A stretch of DNA of 62,926 nt, the filler included, from Chiloscyllium plagiosum (lineage: Eukaryota): the NCBI RefSeq assembly GCF_004010195.1. It is 3 parts of one record of this genome, joined end to end, with 100 filler letters (N's around TTAATTAATTAA, not from the genome) between each part and the next. Parts side by side here need not be neighbours in the genome. Positions count along the whole stretch, not along the records: positions 32,844 to 62,926 come from NC_057710.1; 2 more parts are not named here. One strand, written 5' to 3'. This document shows, piece after piece, positions 40,278 through 52,785 of this stretch (its first letter is position 1; each line of letters begins with the position of its first letter). The notes beneath the pieces were generated by a model that had not been told where the DNA came from, did not search any database, and saw nothing but the letters and a program-made list of their open reading frames with translations. A program made the translations under genes and the position numbers.

Positions 40278-40509
40278 TTAAGTGACACCCACATCCTACT
40301 AGTGGCTAACTCCACTACTGATCAATAGGTGAAATAGGAATAGTAGCTGCAACCACCTAAAGCTAACACACATGCTTTAAAGCCGATCTATGTCTCTTAA
40401 AAGGGAGCTCATTGGGATTGAAATAGGTTGAGAGTGTTGTGGATGAAAACAAATTCAATCTGAGAAAGAGCAAAGAATGTCACAACAGGGAAAACAGGAA
40501 AAACTGCAA

Positions 40510-40670
40510 GTCCGACTGAGAGAAGTAGAAAGGAGAAGAGATGCCCTACATCTAAAGGAATTGGGGCAGAGGCCTTCAAGTGAAACAGAAAAAGGCAGTG
40601 GGAGAAATGGTCATATAAAGGTAAATGCTCCAAGGATCAAGAAGCAAAAACTCCAATGATCTCATAAGAA
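40510..40670 (+). mobile_element. Possible decayed Harbinger-type Myb/SANT-like ORF remnant
   Basis: LREVERRRDAL...GQRPS...VNA...NDL pattern across frames; weak, judged by eye. Confidence 0.3.
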
Positions 40671-42742
40671 TGGTTGAGTTCAGTGAAATTTTCCCATCAG
40701 CACCAGGCTTTATCCAATGATCAGAGTTTACACATCACTCAGCCATGTCAGCTATACCAGCCAAACAGATTTCACCAGAGTCACTGTCCTGCAAGTCAAA
40801 GATGTAAATCAAAGTGGTCTACAACCAAACATACAGAACCTAACCAAAGGAAACAGACATTCTTACCCATGGAGGAGACAGTGCTGGCCAATAAATGGAA
40901 AGCATTAATGAGATGGTGATCAGTAACAGGGTAAAATAAACATTAAAAATCATGGTATCCTTATGTCTAGCCTTGCTTCCTATATCCCACTACATTTTCA
41001 TTCCACCGTCCCATACAATCTGCAAATGGTGGAAGAGCTTTTGTGGTGTAATGGCAGTGTTCCTATCTTTAGCCCAGAAGAGCTTGAGCTCCACCTGTTC
41101 CAAAGGTAATGTCATAACATCCCTGAATAGACTGATTAAAAAGTACCTTGAGTACCAATTTAAAAATATGCACACCACTTACTTTCTCCTCCCCATTTCA
41201 CAATTTTATCCATTTACCTTCTCCCTTTCAGATAGAAATGGAGTACAGCGTGTCCAAGAAGTGGAAGAACAGTACGAGAGAAAGTTAATGAAGATGTATC
41301 ATCATTCACTCTCAATACATACCACTATCAGCTCAGATAGTGATGCTGCCGAAATGTACAAAGCTACATTGGAGAAGATGTGCGTGCCTGTTGAAACAAC
41401 GTACACGGGGAAGCTTCAGCTAAGATAGAGTCTAAGAACTATAGGAGCCAGGTCACTTAAGGTGACATTGTACACAAGGATTCAAATACAAACTTTGATG
41501 ATACAGTTCCAGGAGAATGCTGATGGGAATGCAAAGCAGAAGACTTTGAGGAGATTTCCAGAAAACTTAGAGCCACTGTTAAGAAACATAGGGGAGTCCA
41601 ACACTAACTTGGCACAAGGGTTTGTAGACAGCTTCCACTAGTGCTGGTCAATGATTCCACTTGTGGACCTAACCGCAATACAATATTTAATAGCTGATGT
41701 TATCATTTCCATTGCTGAATATGCAGCAACCACCCAGCATCTGAGCACTACACTGATAGGTTAAGCTGCTATAAAATAACAAAATGGCATATTATAAGAT
41801 CAGATTGCTGCCATCATGTCTGTTGATTACAATATGTAAAGGGATATACATGGTGTCACAGCAATCTGTCCACCAACAGATTACTAGGTTGCTGACATGG
41901 CTATACCCCTCCCTTCCTCCCACTCCCAAATAATACTCTATGTCTTTCAACATGCCGGGACACCGTATTGTTTTTGATCTCCTGCTCTGCTCTTTGTGAT
42001 ACTTAAGTATTGCCTGAGGAGCTTCTGTAGGATTTCTCTTTAAGTCAAGTTTGGTTTGATAACTCTACAGCCATACATCAATAAACTTTCCACTGTTGTC
42101 AAGAGTTGCTTTTACTCTCGATTACTGTTCAACACTTGGTCAACTGGATTACATTTTTTGAGCCTTGCAGACAGTTATCTCATCTATGTGAGCTCCTGAC
42201 TAAATTTTTAAGATGCATGAATTTATCAAAGTGTGCCTCCAGCCACTAGAAATACATTGACTGTTGCCATAGAATAAGACTCTACTTGTTCCACAGACAT
42301 AAAGTCTTCATATATTTGGTTTTAGGTGCTCTTGAAAGGGGATGCACTGTTATTAGTATCTTGTCTGGAACATTGATCGTTCCATATTTATATTTCATCA
42401 ACGTAAGCCTGAAGTATTGCATGCGTGAAGTATGAGGGTTTTTTTTTTATCACAGTAACATTTCCAAAGCTTCTAGTCCATCTCAATGGAATTTCAGTCC
42501 CAGGAGATTGTGTGTGAATCTTCAACATTCCCACCCAAATGGTCATGATTTTATTCTCTGATTATGTACCTCAGTTCAACCATCATAGCTCTAAATCTAA
42601 AATTGAGCAGTTTTCGTAACAATCTCTCAATTTTCACTTGAAGGAGGATTGCTCCAAGTACAATGGTCAAGAAAGTTGTGGCTACAATGGTGAATAGTTT
42701 GGATTGTATACAACATGCTTACAATATCAGTAAGGTTTTTTT

Positions 42743-43048
42743 TTAGATTAGATTACTTAGTGTGGAAACAGGCCCTTCGGCACAACAAGTCCACACCGAG
42801 CCGCCGAAGCGCAACCCACCCATACCCCTACATTTACCCCTTTTTACCTCACACCACGGGCAATTTAGCATGGCCAATTCACCTGACCTGCACATCTTTG
42901 GAATGTGGGAGGAAACCGGAGCACCCGGAGGAAACCCACGCAGACACGGGGAGAATGTGCAAACTCCACACAGTCAGTCGCCCGAGTCGGGAATTGAACC
43001 CGTGTCTCTGGCGCTGTGAGGCAGCAGTGCTAACCACTGTGCCAACCG
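42743..43048 (-). mobile_element. HE1-type SINE
   Basis: Reverse complement of the same family, with a (TTAGA)n tail. Confidence 0.9.
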
Positions 43049-43049
43049 T

Positions 43050-44220
43050 TTTCACGAAGATCTGTTGCTCAAGTTGTGAATGAGATAGGTAGTTTGCTGG
43101 CCAAGCTGTTGGGTTTGTCACAAAGCTGGTCCTTTTTTTTCTATAAGCTGTTCCCTTTCTTAAGGATACTGTTTTTGAGTTTTTCAGAGGTGTCATAAAA
43201 CACTCTGGTCTCCGAAACGGCTGGGTTTGGTACAGATATAAAAGGGCATTGGAGGCCTTTTTGTTTATATGTAAACAGATGAAACTTTAGGCCACAGCTT
43301 TTATGTTTTTAGAAGTGACCTGTATAAGTAATGGGGGCGTAGCCAACTTTCTAACTGAGCAGGTCAGTTCAGAACTTGGTTAGGACTTCAGCTGTGGAGC
43401 TGTGTGGAAACAGGCTGAGAGACTCTCTCTCCTTCTGCCCTTCTAACTTCAACCTATAAGCCTTTGATTCATTTTTATTGTGTTTAAAGGGGTTGCTTAA
43501 TGGGACTGTTGTGCATATTTGAAACAGTATCATTAAGTCTAGATAGACCTAGTTCTGTAGATGTTCTTTATTCGGTTCTTTGATCTCCTTCTCTGCTCTT
43601 TGTGATACTCAAGTATTGCCTGTAATCTTGTGAATAAATTTTTGTCTGTTTTAAAACCTGGTAATAAACTTAGCTAACTTACTCTGGGTAATTTTCACTG
43701 TACACTTACCAAAATAAATTGCAAAGTTATTGTCTGGGCTGCCTGCTTAAGAATGTGGTCTAGCCTAGTCCATAACAGGTTATCGTGTAGATGTTTTGTT
43801 ACCATGCTGAGTACCATCATCAGAGCGACTTCCGTTAAGTGCTCTTGTTCCATACCCCTGGGTTTTTATGTGGCGCGGTCTGATGAGGTGAGTATCACTT
43901 CCGCTAATTCTCTGTAGCGGTTTGTACACTGAGTCTATGTGTTTGCTAATGGCCTCTTTGGTTGAAAACCAGGTTTCCGAGAACTCTCTCGCATGTCTCT
44001 GATTGGCCTGTCCTAGGATAGTAACTTTGTCATTAGTAGGATTGATTGCGCTGTTGGTCTGTGTATATGGAGATGAGGGACAGTGGATCATGTTGTTTAG
44101 TAGCCAGTTGGGCTCATGATGTTGGATGGCAAGTTTCCTACCTGTTTGTCTGATGTAGTGCTTGTTGCAGTACAACGGATTTTATATATCACATTGGTCC
44201 TGCATGTTGTGGGCATTTTG
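43050..44220 (-). mobile_element. Penelope (Poseidon-type) GIY-YIG C-terminus + pLTR, split by the solo LTR
   Basis: NVIY..CNKHYI(G/R)QTGRKL...TILGQANQRHAREF.E.WFS. Degenerate hammerhead at about 43787-43826. The 3' tip at 43050-43115 resembles 62724-62790. Confidence 0.85.
43116..43777 (+). mobile_element. Solo LTR (662 bp) inserted in a Penelope pLTR
   Basis: TGTCACA...CATAACA termini with a 4-bp TSD GGTT; AATAAA near the 3' end. Confidence 0.8.
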
Positions 44221-46513
44221 ACATCAGTCAAAAGCAGCTTCTCCTTAATCTTTGTAAAAGCTTAAGTCTGACATCAATACCATTGCAGGCCTTTTTTAAA
44301 AAGCTCTCTTAGGGGTTCAGTAAGACCAACTATGTTGGGAATTAGCTTTGTCATGTGATATCATAAACTTCAGAATTTTAATAGCTACTCATGGAATGAA
44401 TGAATCAACAAAAGACAATCGGTTACATACAGAAGGAAGCATCAATAACTCTGTATGGAATCAGCTAATAAAGGCAAGGAAAAACTTAAAAAGGAATTGA
44501 AAGGCATTCGTCATGCCTGTGTGTTGATGTTACATAAAGAAAACTGCTTTGACACTTGCTTTGATGCTTTTTTTGCCACGAAGGACAAGGATGGCTCTGC
44601 AGAAAAATTGTAAAACGTTAATCACAGAAAAGCTGTGTCTTCGATGAAACAGTCAAGAACAAATGTAAGAAGAAACAAAAAAGTTACTTCTGGTAAGGAA
44701 GCAAGCTACAGTCTCAAGGACTCCAGGAAAATAATCAATATTTTGGAAGAAAGAACTTTAAAAAATCAATAATGTAGTATCCTCAACCTGAAGGACAAAG
44801 ATCTGTATAAGAAATGAACATCAGAACTTCCCCTTTAGCAGAACTTCAAAGAACAACACTGCACAAGACTGAACCGTGGACACCTCTAGAGACAAACACT
44901 GTTGGTGGAATCTTGGCCAAGTTCCACCATTAATTGGGTTGTGAGGTTTAACTTGCTTGCTTGAGGGATCTAATTTGGTCATTACATGCTGTAAAGTTTA
45001 AATCATTGTTTCAATGCTTGCTTTTCTGTGAGATTTCTTTATAAGTAGATGAAATAAAGGTAACTTGTGTGTGATTTACCCACTTCATTCATTATGGTTA
45101 ACTAGTGCTGTACACCATTTACAGTACTGAAAATTCACTGATGGCTCGTGTTGCTAGGATCCACTGTGATGCCTTCCCCTTGGATAATGTGCCATATAAA
45201 CATGAGTGTCATTCCAGAGAATTTACATTTCTCATTTATTTACAGTACTGCAATTTTCTGTACTTCTTACATGTCCATGACCTTCACATCATATCCTTTT
45301 CATTTTATCACATAATGTTGTATCATTTGGTTCCCTGTTTTCATTCCAGGATTCTAGACATGCATTTTGGAAAATCTCTGATGCACAAGAAATCTCAATG
45401 GTAGACTGTCAAAGCAATAGTGCTGAAATGACATAATAAATGTAGTCAGAAATCTTGACTCTTGATGGAAGGACATCTGCCAGAGCCCATTCACTGCAGA
45501 GAGGTTTGTGAAGAATTGTGGAGATCTCCATTTGTGTTGGGAACAGTTACTAACCCTAACCATTCCTGTGTTTATATTGTCACTGATGATTTTGACTCCA
45601 TTCTCAATCAAGATTTCTCCAAAGGATGACAAATGTTCCAGGGAGTGGATAAGCAGACGGGGTTGGTATCTTCTTGGAGAGTAATGTGATGTAATTTGTC
45701 CAAACCTTCAACAATTCTTACTGAACTTTTCAGTTATTTTTATTCTAAAGTACTCTATCCACTTTAAGAGACCTGGATGAAGTGCATTTATACCCAACAA
45801 TGAGGCATATTTAACTGGTCCAGATATTCTGGTGACCAAATAGATGTTATAGCAGCATGGAATTTGAAATTGGTAATTCCTTTGAAAAAAAGCCTCTTAA
45901 AGTCAAAGAATTCGGAGGGTTCTGATTAATCAAGCTCAATTGTTATCCAGAAAAAGTTAGTAGATTAAAAGCCTGTTCTAACTCATGAATAACTATTAAA
46001 CTGAACTTTGAAAGAATGGCTCTGCATCTACTGACCTAACACACCCTTCCACATTTCCTCACTGCCCCCACCATCCCACAAAAAATTCCTAAATTCCTGT
46101 CCTTGGATTCAACAACACCCAACCTGACCTGGCACCCATTCTATGCCAGTCTGGACATAGCAATATGAAGACTACCCCTCTACGTCCAATCCCCGACTGG
46201 ACGTGACTTCTCACCCACCAACCAAACAATCTTCCATCCTTCTGGCCCTGACAGCACCTGCATGACCTGGCATCTTCCATGACGACTCCATTCAATCTTG
46301 CTGGACCCAACATTCTCCCACAATCCAATCTGACAAACTTTCCCAAATCCAACAAACTTCACCAACCTGATACAATACACTGCCCAACCTGACAGCTTGC
46401 TTATGGTTAAAGCAAGTGGCTTGGTGTGACTTAACATCTTTCATTTTCTATACTCACTACAAATGGTGAGATTTCTTTTTAACCAAGTATTTGATTTTGT
46501 AAAGACAAAAGGT

Positions 46514-46831
46514 GGGCGGCACAGTGGCTAGCACTGCTGCCTCACAGCGCCAGAGACCCAGGTTCAATTCCCGCCTCAGGCGACTCTCTGTGTGGAGTTT
46601 GCACATTCTCCCTGAGTCTGCGTGGGTTTCGTCCGGGTGCTCCGGTTTCCTCCCATAATCCAAAAATGTGCAGGTTAGGTGAATTGGCCATGCTAAATTC
46701 CCCATAGTGTTAGGTGAAGGGGTAAATGTAGGAGAATGGATCTGGATGGGTTACGCTTCAGCGGGTCGGTGTGGACTTGTTGGGCCGAAGGGCCTGTTTC
46801 CACACAGGAAGTAATCTAATCTAATCTAATC
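46514..46831 (+). mobile_element. HE1-type SINE
   Basis: Same head, core and (TCTAA)n tail. Confidence 0.9.
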
Positions 46832-46957
46832 TTAGAGGTAAGGAAATTACCAGATTCTGTGGGATTCACGTGACTCGATAACCATAGTAAAAATGGAGCC
46901 GTGCATGTTAGTACTGCACTCTCCTCCCCAAATTTGTTGAAATGCTCAGTTCTTTAG

Positions 46958-47175
46958 TCATGATGTGCAGGTACCGGTGTTGGACTGGGGTGGACAAAGT
47001 CAGAAGTCACACGACATCAGATTATAGTTCAACAGGTAATTTGAAATCACACGCTTTCTGAGCACTGCTCCTGTGTCAGATGAAGAATATACCTGGTGAA
47101 GGAGCAGCGCTCCAAAGACTTGTGATTTTAAATAAACCTATTGAACTAAAACCTGGTATTGTGTGACTTCTGACA
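46958..47175. mobile_element. Inverted Penelope pLTR pair (family 2)
   Basis: gtcagaagtcacac / gtgtgacttctgac arms; degenerate cores on both strands. Confidence 0.8.
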
Positions 47176-47183
47176 GTTTTTCC

Positions 47184-47466
47184 AAGTATGGAGTCAGCTA
47201 TTACGAGGGGGCATAGCTTTAAATTAAGGGGTGGTAGGTATAGGACAGATGTTAGGGGTAGGTTCTTTACTCAGCGAGTCGTGAGTTCATGGAATGCCCT
47301 GCCAGTAGCAGTGGTGGACTCTCCCTCATTATGGGCATTTAAGCGAGCATTGGATAGGCATATGGAGGATAGTGGGCTAGTGTAGGTTAGGTGGGCTTGG
47401 ATCGGCGCAACATCGAGGGCCAAAGGGCCTGTACTGCGATGTATTCTTCTATGTTCTATGTTCTAT
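47184..47466 (+). mobile_element. Young CR1 3' end
   Basis: Nearly identical to 39684-39933; (TTCTATG)n tail. Confidence 0.9.
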
Positions 47467-47892
47467 AAGAAGTCATTCATATTTCAGAATGATGTCATTC
47501 ATTTGCAGGAGCTTCATATGACAACAAAATACTGGCCCAGTGGTCCTGCTCTTCTGCAATAAACCTTTTTTCTCATATAATTATTGAGCTTTTTCTTCTC
47601 CATGTATGCATTTTCAATACAAATAGAATACGCAAACCAGTACAGAAGTAAACTGTATTCATTATTTTTCCAGTGATTCTTGTTCTGGGCCAAATTTTTA
47701 ACCTTCACAGAAATTGCTATTTTAAGTTCCTTTTCCTGTTTCAATATTTTAAAATATGTATTCAGAGCCAATTGTGTGTTTCTCATTTGTAGCTTTCATT
47801 AAATGAAACAAGAAACTCTTTGTTGCTGGATCGTTATTTGTTAAAATACTCTAGTAAGTAAGCTCTGGTTAGTTTGAGCACACGTCAATTAC

Positions 47893-48097
47893 TGAGAGAA
47901 AGTGAGGGCTGTAGATGCTGGAGATCAGAGCTGAAAATGTGTTGCTGGAAAAGCGCAGCAGGTCAGGCAGCATCCAAGGAACAGGAGAATCGACGTTTCG
48001 GGGCATCCTGAAGAAGGGCTTATGCCCGAAACGTTGATTCTCCTGTTCCTTGGATGCTGCCTGACCTGCTGCGCTTTTCCAGCAACACATTTTCAGC
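47893..48097. mobile_element. Inverted (palindromic) Penelope pLTR pair with flanking duplication
   Basis: 73-bp arms at 47930-48002 and 48025-48097 with 1 mismatch; AGCACACGTCAATTAC at 47877-47892 and 48095-48110. Confidence 0.88.
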
Positions 48098-48672
48098 ACA
48101 CGTCAATTACATTGGCTTTTCAAGATTTATAGACTCACCACATTCAATGTGGACAAAGAATAAAATACATTCTGGAAAGTATTTCTAACAGTGATTTTTC
48201 TTTATCTATCTTTTACAACCATATTGTGAACCTGCTGAGAAAGGATAGTCTTGTGTTTCTGAATGTAAAACCAGATTAATGCAGTGAAGTCTGTTCATAA
48301 TATCTGCATAGCTCTAAATGGTGATATTTGTAAGCAACATCCTGTTGCGTATGAATAAACAAAACTAATTTATCTGGAAGCCAAATCATTGATGATTGGA
48401 TTTTTGAGTGAATTTGATCCTTATGGAAATTGTGAAAGTCATCCTCTAAGGTGTGAAGATAAACCTTTACTACTCCTTTAATACTAATTATTTATCAATG
48501 ACAGCACACAAAGGAATGCATTTCACCCTATTTATCAGATGGTATACACAAGCTCTCATTGTTTCCAATGGACAATAAAATAATAGACTTCTAAGTGATG
48601 CAATATGAAGGAATTTAAACAAACGGATCTTTCATAATGTACTTTCTTTTGATGAAAGCTTGCCATACTCAC

Positions 48673-48771
48673 AATGTTAGAAACATCTGGAGACGCTCCA
48701 TTCTGCAGCAAAAGGAGTACTATATTCAAGTGGCCCATGAAGGCAGCCACATGTATAGGTGTAAGGCCAGA
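48673..48771 (-). CDS. ANK2: Ankyrin-B ANK-repeat exon ([33 protein letters not shown])
   Basis: 99-nt phase-0 exon, cag / gtgagt. Confidence 0.96.
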
Positions 48772-48873
48772 CTGTGAAACAAAGCAATTACATTTTACTC
48801 CTCTGCAGGGGCTGCAAATTATTTTAAACTGATGCAACAGAGGCTGTGAATAGGTATTAAAATTTCCTTCTAC

Positions 48874-48972
48874 CTCTGTTATGGCTTGTATTGAGGCCCC
48901 GTATTTCACAAGAAGTTCCATCACTTTAACACGGTTTTTCTTACATGCAATATGCAGTGGAGTAAAGCCATT
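48874..48972 (-). CDS. ANK2: Ankyrin-B ANK-repeat exon ([33 protein letters not shown])
   Basis: 99-nt phase-0 exon, cag / gtagaa. Confidence 0.96.
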
Positions 48973-50277
48973 CTGTGTAAAAAAAACACAACCAGATTAG
49001 CATTCACATCAAGCATGCACACAAAATGGTCAATCCAAGATCATGCATGCAATGCTCATGTTAATTCAGTCAGGATCCCATATCTAGAGTTGTGTTTAAA
49101 CTAAACCTATTGGCCAGAGATTTTGTAGGTGTAGAATTAGTTACAGTCAGACAGTTCATAGTTCGACATGGGACCAGGCAGCATGGACAATTAGAGCCAG
49201 GGGAAAGATCTGCACACATCTGCTTCTCCACATTCATTCAGTCACCTCCAATTCATGCCAAATGTCAAATGTATCAATGGTATAGACAGGAACAATTCTT
49301 GAAATATGTCAACCCTCTCTCCTCACCATTTTTTACAGTCAGGGTTAACGCTGCAATGAAGTCATCCACCATGTGGTGTCAAGCACAAATAGAGTAAGGT
49401 TGTCTTCAAGGGCATCTAAAATTGCTTGCCTTTGGAATAGTCTTGAACCTGCCACTATAATAACTTAATCACCTTTGTAAAGAGGAACTGCTGCTAGTTT
49501 TATTAATCCTTTTGCCAGTTAAGGTCAAGAAAGGAATGCTTTTTCCTCCCAAAGCATGTCTGACTTCTAATAAAGTCTCCCTATGTAACCCTCCACAATC
49601 GCATTCCCCAACTAACTGCAGTGCATGCTGTTTCTTCATAATCACTCTCTATCATAACTGACAGTTGGAGCCTGACCATATTGATTAAAAATGACGTTCC
49701 CACAATTCAGTAGCTCTCTGTTCAGGAACACAATGCACACAGTAGAAGCAAATTGTATATGACAAATGGGAAAACTTAATGCAGCAGAATGCATGTAAAT
49801 ATAAAAACAATTTATCAGGTTGACTCTGTTAAATCGTAGGGGGAATTGTAATAAAAATATTCATACACAATTCTTTACTACAGAATTCTTTACTACAATT
49901 TTTATTTCTTAAATTAGTTACTCCCTGAAGAAATATACAATCTGGTAAATAAGTATTATACTAATGTTTTGAATGAATCATCAGAGCAGTTGTCACGAGT
50001 TACCCAGTGCAGAGAGATTGACTAGGAATGGTTACAATAATCTCTTCCATTATCTTAGATCAGGGAAGAATTTTCCAAAGTTGTCACTAAATTAAATTCA
50101 GGTACTTTTTTCCCTGGGGTTTGTGTGTTAAGAAGGAACAGCTGATGTCCATTTGGTTTCATCATGTCTGAATGTAATTAGTTAATGAATCAGATAATCT
50201 GTTTCCTTCTTTTATTTAATAGGTTTGTAATATTGAGTTATAAACATTCCGTAAATCTAAACTCTGACAGATTGACA

Positions 50278-50480
50278 GTAGAAATAAAAACAAAATGTGC
50301 TGTAAATATTCAACAGGTTTGGAAACATCGATGGAAAGAGAAATAGAGTTAACATTTTGCATCAACGATCCCTCATCAAAAGTGTTCTGATGTTAGGGTT
50401 AACTCTTCTTCTCTCTCCACGGAGCTGCAGAGTTGCTGAGTATTTCTGATTTCCAACATTTGCAGTATTTTGCTTTTCAT
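50278..50480. mobile_element. Old inverted Penelope pLTR pair
   Basis: agagttaac / gttaactct arms; same family as 8480-8735. Confidence 0.6.
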
Positions 50481-52515
50481 AGAGGCATGATGATCACCAA
50501 CATGCTATTATGCAATTTCTGAAGAATAATATTATTGCCAGAGATAAATGTAATAATTTTAGCTTAAGAAAAGTTATCAGTTACTATTTTATATGGGATT
50601 ACCAGCCTGCAAAGTGCTCACTTGATTTTTCTGTAGCATTGATTTGCAACGGTTGTGTATTAAGAAAGGGTCATCTTACTCAGAAATGCACATGATCGAT
50701 AAACACTTCTCACTGAACATACTTTGTGATTTTCAGTCAGATGATATTGCAGGGCCAATTAAATTATTCACATTAATTGACTATCTGAATAGCCTTGTTG
50801 AATAGTCCAAATTAAAAATACATCTGTATCATGGAATTCTTTCATTTCTCGATTTTACCAGTCGCTCAATTGCAACCTTTATAACAGGAAGCTATTCTTT
50901 CACGTTTACGTTTTACTATATAATCCACCATACACAACTCTAAAACACTTCACAACCAGTTTTGACATGCAGTCACTGCTGCATGCAATAAACTGTGTAA
51001 TCTGTAAAAATACCACTGTGGCGGCAGATTCAATTCCAAACACACTCAAGGTATGCTTATGGATGTAGGAAAAGTCAATACTTAATTTTAAATTGCATTT
51101 GTTCTCAGTTGCAATAGACAGTCTGACATTCAGATATAACTGGCTCAGTAGTCAGTATACATAAAACAGATAGGGAATGAGTCGTATAGTAACTTACAGA
51201 TCCCTAGGAGGTTGGTACTAATAAGAGGCATTACCTTTAACTTTGCAGCCATAGTGATATTTATATCTGTTGGATAATTATGTTTATATTGATTCAGATT
51301 TATGAATTTTCAAAGGAGATGGAATTTCTCGTGTGGTGTCTTGAGTTAGTGAACGGTAATATTATCATTGGCAGTATACCATTCGTAACTGGAGTGTTTT
51401 GGAGAATTTTCCTGGTTCAGACTCAATATCTTTTTGGAATGGTCTCTTTTTGAAACATATGCCACACATTATTCATACTTTCACAGCTTTAATTATTTCT
51501 GGTGAACAATATAGCAGCTAACTTGCACACAGGGAAGTCCCACAAGTATCAACTATATGAATAATCAGTTACATTATGATGATCTCATTTGAGGTTGGAT
51601 TTTGGCTAGTACACTGGGATAACTTTAGCTGAGAAAAAGTGCCATTGGATCTTCAACATTCACTTGAACAGGAACCTGACCTAAGCATATGAGTAATTAA
51701 CAATTATGCTTTGCCAGCACAGTTGCTCAATAATACAACTGCTTATTCGTGAAAATGGATAACTACAAAAAGAATGAATTCAGATTTAACAAAGGCATCT
51801 GTAACTTAATAGATTTTCAGAAAATATGAATTTAATGCTAACTTCACACACAATATACTTGATGTATGTAATATTTAACATACAATTTGATTCCTTTAAT
51901 CCCACTTGTTATTGTGTTAATTTTACCAGAATATTGCCTGTAAATATCTGCTTTGCATTTGCACTGAACAACTCTGTGAAAATCAAAATAAACCACAATT
52001 TTAGCTGCAACTGAAGAGATGGGGAAAATTGTTAACATCAAAAAGAAGAAAAACCAAAGCTAAAACTCCATGTTTGACAAATTAATATAATTATATGATA
52101 CGTTAGTGTTTTGATGGGCTGCACCACAAGATAAATTTTGTGTATGCGAATTCAGTTTGACATGTGCAGTCTAATGGAGGGACCATTTAGCAGCTTTGTA
52201 CTTCCCTTTAGAATGAAAGGAAAGTCAGACAAAACTAGCCCTGGCAATTTTTTCTAGTGGCCATTTATAAATTAGCATTAACTAAACCTTTAAAACAGAT
52301 AGCAGAGTGTTCTTGGTTGAACTAAAAAAAGGCAAGGGGAGATCAAGAGAAAACTCAGCAAGATAAGCACATCTTTTGGTGTAACAGTTTTCAGTTACGT
52401 TGTGCAATTTTTAAGTTAACATGAAATAGGTAATAACTTTTGATCATAACTGTATAGATAGCACAAATAACAACAATGGTGCAACTCTGTAGTCACCTTC
52501 CAACCTTTTGATGAC

Positions 52516-52567
52516 ATCTCATGAATAGTTCAATACTATACTATAATCTCATGAATAGTTCAATACT
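52516..52567. repeat. 22-bp direct duplication (ATCTCATGAATAGTTCAATACT x2, 30-bp period)
   Basis: Copies at 52516-52537 and 52546-52567, 20 nt from an ANK2 donor. Confidence 0.9.
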
Positions 52568-52587
52568 TATGCTAGAATTGCACTCAC

Positions 52588-52785
52588 CAGTGCCCGAGCA
52601 TTAGGATTGGCTCTCTTATCGAGTAGTAGTTTGGTAGCCCTGTAGTGCCCACAATGAGCAGCAACATGCAAAGCAGTGAGATAATCGAGAGTTACATCAT
52701 CAACAGGTGCCTTATGCTGCAGTAGATGCTTGACACATTCCACATGATCTCCCTGTGCAGCCATGTGGAGAGGGGACAAACCATT
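52588..52785 (-). CDS. ANK2: Ankyrin-B two-repeat exon ([40 protein letters not shown]...[10 protein letters not shown])
   Basis: 198-nt phase-0 exon, cag / gtgagt. [16 protein letters not shown] is ANK2-type. Confidence 0.96.

Larger units (their letters stand above)
41930..45560 (-). mobile_element. Decayed Gypsy internal region with nested insertions
   Basis: About 45330-45530 reads FFTNLSAVNGLWQMSFHQESRFLTTFIMSFQHYCFDSLP (Gypsy RT: LDA.SGFWQ...LTTFITPFGRYCF.RLPFG). About 41935-42110 reads LLMYGCRVI...REILQKL...LSITKSRA (pre-integrase zinc-binding region). Boundaries are uncertain. Confidence 0.65.

Noticed and set aside
40952..41428. 158-aa ORF as a novel gene
   Set aside because: No recognisable domain or splice structure; lies in decayed repeat-like intronic sequence antisense to ANK2.
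39684..47466. Near-identical 250-bp direct repeats as the LTRs of one large element
   Set aside because: Both are CR1 3' ends with different 5' truncation points, no TG..CA termini and no shared TSD.
47869..48099. Recurrent short ORFs such as CWKSAAGQAASKEQENRRFG and SINE-derived ORFs as a peptide family
   Set aside because: Translations of Penelope pLTR and HE1 SINE copies, not genes.
51198..51203. Possible 6-nt microexon cctag|GGATCT|gtaagt on the minus strand
   Set aside because: Competing AG about 15 nt upstream, a weak pyrimidine tract and no long AG-free zone; expected by chance.
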